NCBI GenBank assembly: GCA_016748015.1
Contig: JAAOMT010000772.1
Span: forward strand, 65,541-129,540
From: Geosiphon pyriformis uo1
Lineage: Eukaryota > Fungi > Glomeromycota
Direction: 5' to 3'
Length of the DNA: 64,000 nucleotides
In this document: in pieces, positions 56,576 to 64,000 of the stretch
Position numbering within the stretch: the stretch's first letter is position 1
Layout of the letters: the number at the start of each line of letters is the position of its first letter
Notes under the pieces: generated by a model
Told to the model about the DNA's origin: nothing
The model's input: the letters and a program-made list of their open reading frames with translations, nothing else
Databases searched by the model: none
Position numbers and translations under genes: made by a program

Positions 56576-57961
56576 TTAAGTGTTCAAGTTTGGTTGTTGT
56601 TCTATTATAATTATTGGTTCTAAATTTTGGGAAATATCTTCAAGATTAATTAAAGTGGAATGTGTATCAATTTGTGGAATTAATGGTTCAGGATTGTTTC
56701 TGGAATGATAGTGTTTCAATCTGTCTCCATGTGCAACTTTTGCTAGTATTTTGTCATCAAGTCTTAACTTGTATAATCCATTGCCTAGAATTTTGTGAAT
56801 ATAAAATAATCCATTCCATTTGTTTTCAAATTTCCCATTCCATTGTTTTTTAGTCTTAGTTCTGTGTAAGAGAACTTTATTTCCAACTTTAAATTCGTTG
56901 GTAATAGGTGGTAATTTGTTATCATGCCTTTCTTTTTGTTGAGCTTGAGAATGTTCAATATGAATTGCTGCTATTTTTTTTTTTCCTTCCAGTGTATTAA
57001 GAAAAGTGTAGGCTCTTCTTTGGAGTGTTTCTTGAAAGTTTTCTTCATTGATTGGTTGTACTGGGTATGTTTCCACTATGAAATTAATTGGTAATGTTGC
57101 TGTCCTTCCATAAGTAAAATCAAATGGTATGTGTTTCATAGTATCTTGTTTTAGCATTCTGTATGCTAGTAACACTGATGGAATAAAGATATCCCATTCC
57201 TGCTCAAAGTCTGTTGAGACTTTGGCTAGAGATTCACACAATGTTTTGTTAAAATGTTCTATAAGTTCATTTGTTTGAAAGTAATAAGGTAATGATAGAG
57301 GTCTTTTGACATTGAACTGTTTACAAATTTTTTGTATCAAGTTGTTCACAAAATGTGTTCCTTGATCAAATAGGAGTTCAATTGGGCATCCATGTCTACA
57401 GATAATGTTTTCATAGATGAATTTTGCTACTGATTTTGCATCTGCTCTTTGGATGGCTCTAGCTTCAGGCCATTTGGTAAGATAATCCACTGCAACTGCA
57501 ATATAACAATTTCCTTGGGTTGTGATAGGTAATGGTCCAACTAAATCAATTCCAACTCTGTCAAAAGATTGTTCAATTTTGATTGGATTTAAAGATTCTG
57601 TGGGGCGAGTTCCTTCTCTTCTTTGACAACTATTACAAGATTTTACATATTGGTGAATGTCTTTTTGCATGTGAGGCCAAAAATAATGTTCAAGAGTTCT
57701 TTGAATTGTTTCATCTCTTCCCAAGTGTGCTGAAAAAGGATCTGTGTGCATGTTGTATAGAATTGTTTCTTTTTCATTTTCCTGTACTAATCTGGGTGGT
57801 TGGTCTGAATTTTTATGATTTTTGTAATATATTTTGTTATGGTGTATAAAATATTGTTTGGATTGGTGTTGTAATCGATGTTTTTCACTTGAAAACCAAT
57901 TTTCCAGCATAGTGAGAGTTTCCAAATGGTTTTTGATGTTGTTGTAGTTTTCTGGATCCAT
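56576..57961 (-). CDS. retrotransposon integrase, open 461-aa stand-alone ORF
   Basis: Own ATG (MDPENY), HHCC, GIDLVGPLP, DQG, TNxLIE, GPY/F-like tail; no chromodomain seen. Confidence 0.9.
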   Translation of the reverse strand: MDPENYNNIKNHLETLTMLENWFSSEKHRLQHQSKQYFIHHNKIYYKNHKNSDQPPRLVQENEKETILYNMHTDPFSAHLGRDETIQRTLEHYFWPHMQKDIHQYVKSCNSCQRREGTRPTESLNPIKIEQSFDRVGIDLVGPLPITTQGNCYIAVAVDYLTKWPEARAIQRADAKSVAKFIYENIICRHGCPIELLFDQGTHFVNNLIQKICKQFNVKRPLSLPYYFQTNELIEHFNKTLCESLAKVSTDFEQEWDIFIPSVLLAYRMLKQDTMKHIPFDFTYGRTATLPINFIVETYPVQPINEENFQETLQRRAYTFLNTLEGKKKIAAIHIEHSQAQQKERHDNKLPPITNEFKVGNKVLLHRTKTKKQWNGKFENKWNGLFYIHKILGNGLYKLRLDDKILAKVAHGDRLKHYHSRNNPEPLIPQIDTHSTLINLEDISQNLEPIIIIEQQPNLNT

Positions 57962-60900
57962 TGTTGTTGATCTTGTTGTTTGTTCTGCTGTTAAGTTTGT
58001 TGGTGTTTTGTTGGTATTAATGTTGGTATTAATATTGTCTCATTCTTGAGAGGCTATCAACATTGGTGTGTAGTTTTCCTGGTTTGTGATGTACAATATA
58101 TCTGTAGTCTGCTAGAAAGTTATTCTATTGAGACTATTTGGCACTTTGTTCAGTTTTCTTTTTATTAAGCCATTTGAGGCCAATATTGTCAGTTATTATA
58201 TCAAATTCTTTTCCATTCTTTAGGTATTGTTGAAAGTGTTTGAAAGTCCAGATGACTGCAGTGGCTTCTAATTCAGTTGAGCCATATTTGAGTTCTGTTG
58301 GCTTGAGTGTTCTGCTGGCATAAGCAATAACTTTTTCCTGGCCATTTTCATCCAATTGTGATAAGATGGTACCAAATGCTATGTGTGAAGCATCAGTGGC
58401 TAATTGGAATCATTTGTTGAAGTCTGAGTAAGCAAGAACTGGAGCTGTTGTCAATTTTGTTTTGAGAGTTTCAAAAGCTTTTTGTTGTTCTTCAGTCCAT
58501 TTGTATGGTACATTTTTGTTGGTAAGATAATTAAGTGGTTTGACAATTTCTGAGAATTTTTTTATGAATTTTCAATAGTAAAAAGCTAATCCTACAAATC
58601 CTCTTAGTTCTGTAGTATTTTTGGGGGTTTGAAAGTTTTTGACAGCACTGATTGTTCTTGGATTTGGTTTGACTTTATCTTTACTAACTATGTGTCCAAG
58701 AAAGATCAAGTTTGTTTTTCCAAAGTGACATTTCTTAATATTTAATTTTAATCTTGCTTTCCATAATCATTGAAAAACTTCTCGCAAGTGAATGAGATGA
58801 GTCTCAAAGCTTGGTGAGTATACATTAGTATCATCACGATAGACAACTACTGATTGCCACAAGAGTTCTTTATATACAACATCCATGAGTCGCTGGAATG
58901 TTGCTGGTGCATTGCAGAGTCCAAAAGGCATAACATTGAACTCATAGTTTCCTTTCTGGGTGGTAAATGCTGTTTTGGGTTGGTTTTTTGGGTCCATTTC
59001 GACTTGCCAGTATCCACTTTCCAAGTCTAAAGTTGAGAAGAACTTGGCTTTTCCTAGAGCATCTAGCATGTCATTAATTCTTGGAAGAGGGTAGGCATCT
59101 CTAATTGTAACATTATTCAGTTGTCTATAATTAACACAGAATCTGATTTTTCCGTTTTTCTTTTTAACTAAAACTACTGGTGAGGCCCAAGGACTTCTTG
59201 ATGGTTGAATCAATCCGTTATTGAGCATTCTTTGGACCTCTTCTCTGATGAATTGGACTTAATAAGCTTGTTGACATTTTGGTGGAGCATCTCCTGTATG
59301 GATCTGATGTTGAACAATGTCCGTTTTTTCTAAGTCATTGTTGTCTTTTGCAAATATATCTGCAAATTCAGCTATCAATTGTTTCAATTGTCTTTATTGT
59401 TGAGGTTCTAAGGGACTCATGTTGATTCGAGAGAGTTTTTCTTCCAAAAAATGGTAGTTTTTGGTAGTGGGAATAATATTTGGATTTGGAAGTAGAGTGT
59501 GCCTTACAATTTCGATGAAATTAGAGACAATTTGAGGGTTTTCATTTTGAAAAATATTGCTGTGTATGATTCCAATCTCTAGTTTGTTTAATAAGACAAT
59601 AGGGTAATTATTGGGATTGTAGAATGTAACTCAAAATTTTTTTATTCTTTTGGGAATATAAACATTTGGAATTGAGATTTCATGCTTTAAACAGATTTGT
59701 TTATTGGATTCAAAGATTTGTTGTGTAGTGGTGGGTTTTGAGCAAGTGTAAATTTCGTGATGTTCTTCAAAAGATGAAATGGTAATTGGCTGAAGAAGTT
59801 GAAGAATCTGGGGAAATTCATTTTGTGTATTAAGAGCTATGTTTACTGGAACTGTAAATTGTCTAGTTGAACCAAAACCTTGAGTTTCTCTTTCACTTTT
59901 TCCCAATTGTTCTCTGTTGTTTACTGATTGTAAACCCGAAATGTTGATTAAAGGTAAGTAAATTGCTTGAGCAATTTTTTCAGCATGTTCAATTTTAAAT
60001 GGTTTGTTTGTCTCATTCTGTAATATGATGGTAATGTCTCCAGTGTATTCTGCATCTATAACTCCTCTTCTAATATTGATTTTTTTGTTTGCCAATGATG
60101 ATTTGGAGGCAATTTGAACCATTGCTCCTGGTGGAATTTCAAGAGCAATTTTGAGATTGATTTTTGTCAAGAACTTTGGTTGGAGAACCAAAGTATCTTT
60201 TTCTGGATATCTTAAGTCATATCCAGCATCAATTTCGTGTGCTTTTTCTGGTCTGATTCCTTGGCCATGGTTGTCAAAATATTTAAGTTGTAAAGATGGT
60301 TGCTTTTCAAGAAGATAGATGGGAGTGGTTGGTAGTTTTTTAACTAATTCAGATACTCCAAATTCGATTTCATTTTCATCATTCTCATCTGGCAGAAGAA
60401 TGCTAAGAGCATAACATTCTAAACACCATTGATCATCACAAGGCATAACACATTCTTCACACAATTGAATGTTCATTTGCTCTAATTGTTGAATTTGAGC
60501 TTCTTTGGTCGGATATGTGTGGCTTGCAATTTGGTGGTAGGTTTCTACTTTATCTTCATAATCAAATCTAGCTAATTCCATGGTATACTTAATGTATTCA
60601 GCTTTTTTCATTTGGCAGACATCTTTTTGGGTGGCTCTATTGATCAATGCCATTGCTAAGTCAAAAATCATTTCAGCATTATGAGGGTAGTGGTAAAGTT
60701 TATTGAGAGCACTGTTGTATACTGCATCAAATGGTGTTCCTTTTCTGACTTTTTCCGTAATTGATAGAACATATTGACAGGTTTGATCACATACTCCTCC
60801 TCTTATTGCAACATCAATCCAGTTGCATTCTTCTGATAGCATATCTCCACATGTAAGGCAAGGTGTGTTGTCCCATTTTCCACTTCTTTTTGGAGATCCA

Positions 60901-63507
60901 AATCGTTCTCTATGGTATGCTTTGCAAAAGTAACAGGTACAAGTTTCATATTCCTTTTCTGGAGAAATACATGCTTTCATTGATGAAAGTTTCTTGTTGC
61001 AATCTTTGCATTTGAGTGGAATGTAGAGTGGTTGTTTCTATGGTTTTGGTGTAGAATATCTAACTTTCTTCTATTCTCTTAATTCTTCAAAAATCTTCTG
61101 TTCTGTTTCTTCAGCCCAATTGGATGTTGATCCAAGAGCCATGTAGGTTTCAGTAAGTAGCATTTTTTTTTCCTCTTTAAATTCAAATACTGGGGCTTTT
61201 TCTAATTGTTTGTTAAAAGTACCACAAGTAGCAGATACTATGGTGTATTTTTGGTATGAGATTTTTAATTCTTGAGTTTCCCAGTCCAAGTTTGCATTGG
61301 CCTTAAGAAGCCAATCATTTCCAACTAGAGCTTGGTATTGGGATGCATCCATGACTTGAACTTTGACTGGAATGGTGATTCCATCAATTGTAAAGAGAAA
61401 ATCATCAATTTCTCCTACTGGAGTTTTCTTCATACTATTAGCTGTGACAATAACTGTTTGAGCTGGTCTGTCTAGATTTCATTTGAGTTGTTACATCAGC
61501 TGGTAAGTGATGATACTTCCAGCTGATCCACTATCTAAGATTAAGCAAATAGGTTTTCCTTCTACTGTAGCTTCTGTATACATAGCAGTGATAGCTTTTT
61601 GTTCATTAGCTGCTGCATTACTAAGCAAGAATGGTGATTCATTTGCTTCAAATTCGAATGGAAATATATTTGAGAGATTGGCATTTTGAGCAATTTGAAC
61701 TGGTAGAATAGTATGGTTGGAAGAGTTTGTTTTTGATACTGCAGCTTCACTTTCAAAAAGTGCAGTATGTTGAAAATTCAATTCTTCAGTTATTGTTAAA
61801 TAACTGGGTTGAGTGTGAAAGTAATTTGGTCTTTGCTGACCAGAATTTCGGAAAACTAATTGGTTATTTAAGTTGATCCTATTGTTATTATTCTGAAATT
61901 GATTTTGAGGTGTGAATTGATTATGTTGAACCAATCTTCTGGCTTGTACTTGATATTATTGAGGGGGTTGTATCTGATATTGCTGGGTTGGTAAAGATTG
62001 CTAATATTGTTGCTGCATTGGTTGTGGAGCTGGTGGATAGTAACTGTTTTGGTTTTGTGGTCTTGGTAAATAATAGGTTGGTGGTGGAGATTGGTAATAA
62101 GATTGTTGTGGTGAAGAGTAATGTTGATTACTCCTATTTTGTTGGTCTCTTTGTAATTTTTTACAATCTTGTTTCCAGTGTCCTGAAATTCCACAATAAT
62201 AACAATTTTGAGATTGGTTGTTGAAAGATGATCCAAAACTGTTTTGGTTGTGTTGTTGTGGAGGTTGATATCTTTGTGGTTGTTGTTGCTGTTGTTGTTG
62301 GTTTGTGAAGTAGCTTTCAACCTTCTTTGTGAGTTGGTCTATCTTTTCTTCAGCTGCTAAACTGGTTTCTCCAATAACTATGTTGACAAGTTTGGTGTGG
62401 TTTGCTTTTTCCATAGCCATTTCATAGTTTTTTGCATGTCTGATGGCAGTTGCTAAGTCTGCTGGAGCATGTGGGCAGACTTTCTTTATCAGTTTGTTTT
62501 TTAATCCTGCTATAAACTGGTCCAGTATCTGAGCATCAGAATAATAATCATTGGTCTCCAATTGTCAAATCTGTCAAAGAAGTTTGTTGAATCTTCCAAG
62601 ATAAGTTATGACAGTTTCAGATGTTTCTTGTTTAATATTGTGAAAGCGATTGCAGAGAGTAATAGAGATGTTATTGTCAGTGAATTGTTATAAGAAAGCA
62701 TCTTTAAATGCTTGCCAGTTTTCAAATGGTTCTTCTAAGTTTTCAAACTATTCTCCTGCAGTTCCTTGGAAAAAATATGGGATCACTTTGAGCATTCTTG
62801 CTGCAATCCAACCATTTGCATCTCCTGCTTTTTGAACTTTGTCAAGCCATTCTTGAAGACTGGTATTATTATCTTCACCAGTAAATTCTGGAATTTTTGC
62901 AATGTAAGCAGTTGCCATTTCTTCTTTGTTTTCTGTAGTTTTTTTTTGTTCTGATTCAGTTTCTTTACTTTCCAGACTCTTTGAATAATTACTTTCGTTT
63001 TTTTGTAAGTAATCAATAATATTGGCACTTGTTGATATTGGTTCCTGCTGTTGAGTAGAATTTCTAGGTGGCTGATAATCTTCTGGTCTGAAGAAACATT
63101 TAAGTAGTGAACTTGGTGTTTGTGGTTGAACAAGTGAAATTGAAAATGGTGTAATAGAAAGTGGTAATTTGACACTGGTTCTTTGTTCAGGTGTTTGCAA
63201 GTGTTTGGCAGTTGTTTTTGGTAGTATTGGAGTATTTGGGGTGGTTCTTGAGTATTGCTTCAGTTTTTGTTTGCCTTTGTTGTTTGTTTCTGTCTCTGGT
63301 TCAAAATCAATAGTGTATTGAGACTGCACTGGATATGTTTCTTCACAGTACTAGATAATGTTAAAATTAAGTTCTTGAAAGTAAGTAGCAAGTGTTTCAC
63401 TATTAAGGTCTTCAGTTCCCAACTGTGAATAATGCACTAAATTATTGTAAAGGTTGTTTCTAACTTCTGAGATGTTGTAATTTCCAAAAAGATAATTGTT
63501 AATGTGG

Positions 63508-64000
63508 TGTTACAGGTAATTATTTCTGCTGTTAAATTAAATAACAAACCTGTAACTTGGTGCTCAAAAGCTACTTCCGTTGATGATGTCCTATAAGTGT
63601 TATATCTGAAGATTTTGTATCTGAAGGCATTATATCTAAAGGTTTTGATGGAGTCCTTTGTATAATAGACAGAGATTCAATAGTGTCAATAGTAGATGTA
63701 TCTTTCTAAAAGTTTTCCCAATTTCTTTCTTAGCGTAGTGGCTGGATTTAGTCTGGCAGTTGTGCCTTTCTGGTAAGCTATCCGATAATATATAAAATCC
63801 TACTCTTATTTCTGGGTCTTTTATCAGGCTATCCTTGATGTTAATAACTCAGTGCTTAATCTCTTAATCAATTAGTATACAACAACAAAATCAAAGAAAG
63901 AAAAAAAATAAAATAAAGAAAATAAATAAGAAAATAGAAAAAATAAGCCAAGGCAATTTGGTACGTTAGTATCTCGTCAATAGCCATGATCAAGAGCTAT
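63508..64000 (-). repeat. 3' portion of a family-2 LTR inserted in gag of copy C
   Basis: Reverse complement ends ...GAGCACCAAGTTACAGG...ACCTGTAACA and contains the family-2 internal motifs. Confidence 0.88.

Larger units (their letters stand above)
54773..63507 (-). mobile_element. Ty3/gypsy copy C (family 1): 3' LTR 54773-55743, ORF3, IN, RH, RT, dUTPase, Zn module, PR, gag; 5' end beyond the window
   Basis: Same domain order as A and B. Gag has a CYYCGISGHWKQDC knuckle; protease LILDSGSAGS; RT motif VYRDD. Confidence 0.95.

Overview
AT-rich eukaryotic (fungal) genomic DNA. The TE and protein style suggests Glomeromycota, possibly Geosiphon-like; this is inference only. A small CpG-rich gene island at 11.3-19.1 kb holds an intron-containing DYRK2/Pom1-type kinase (+) and a bacterial-type glutathione S-transferase (-). 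The island sits among deeply nested, C>T/G>A-decayed Ty3/gypsy LTR retrotransposons from three LTR families, plus LINE fragments, a 606-bp Tc1/mariner derivative and two N-gaps. The most unusual signal is the retrotransposon architecture, seen in several copies and families. ORF1 is gag-PR-(multi-CxxC zinc module)-dUTPase-RT-RNaseH and ends in a conserved TAA. Integrase follows as a separate +1-frame ORF behind a CAA-rich spacer. A third, non-env accessory ORF precedes the 3' LTR. TSDs are 4 bp and often centred on ancestral CpG. The LTRs carry conserved RNA-structure motifs, including a U5 sequence that pairs with the PBS.
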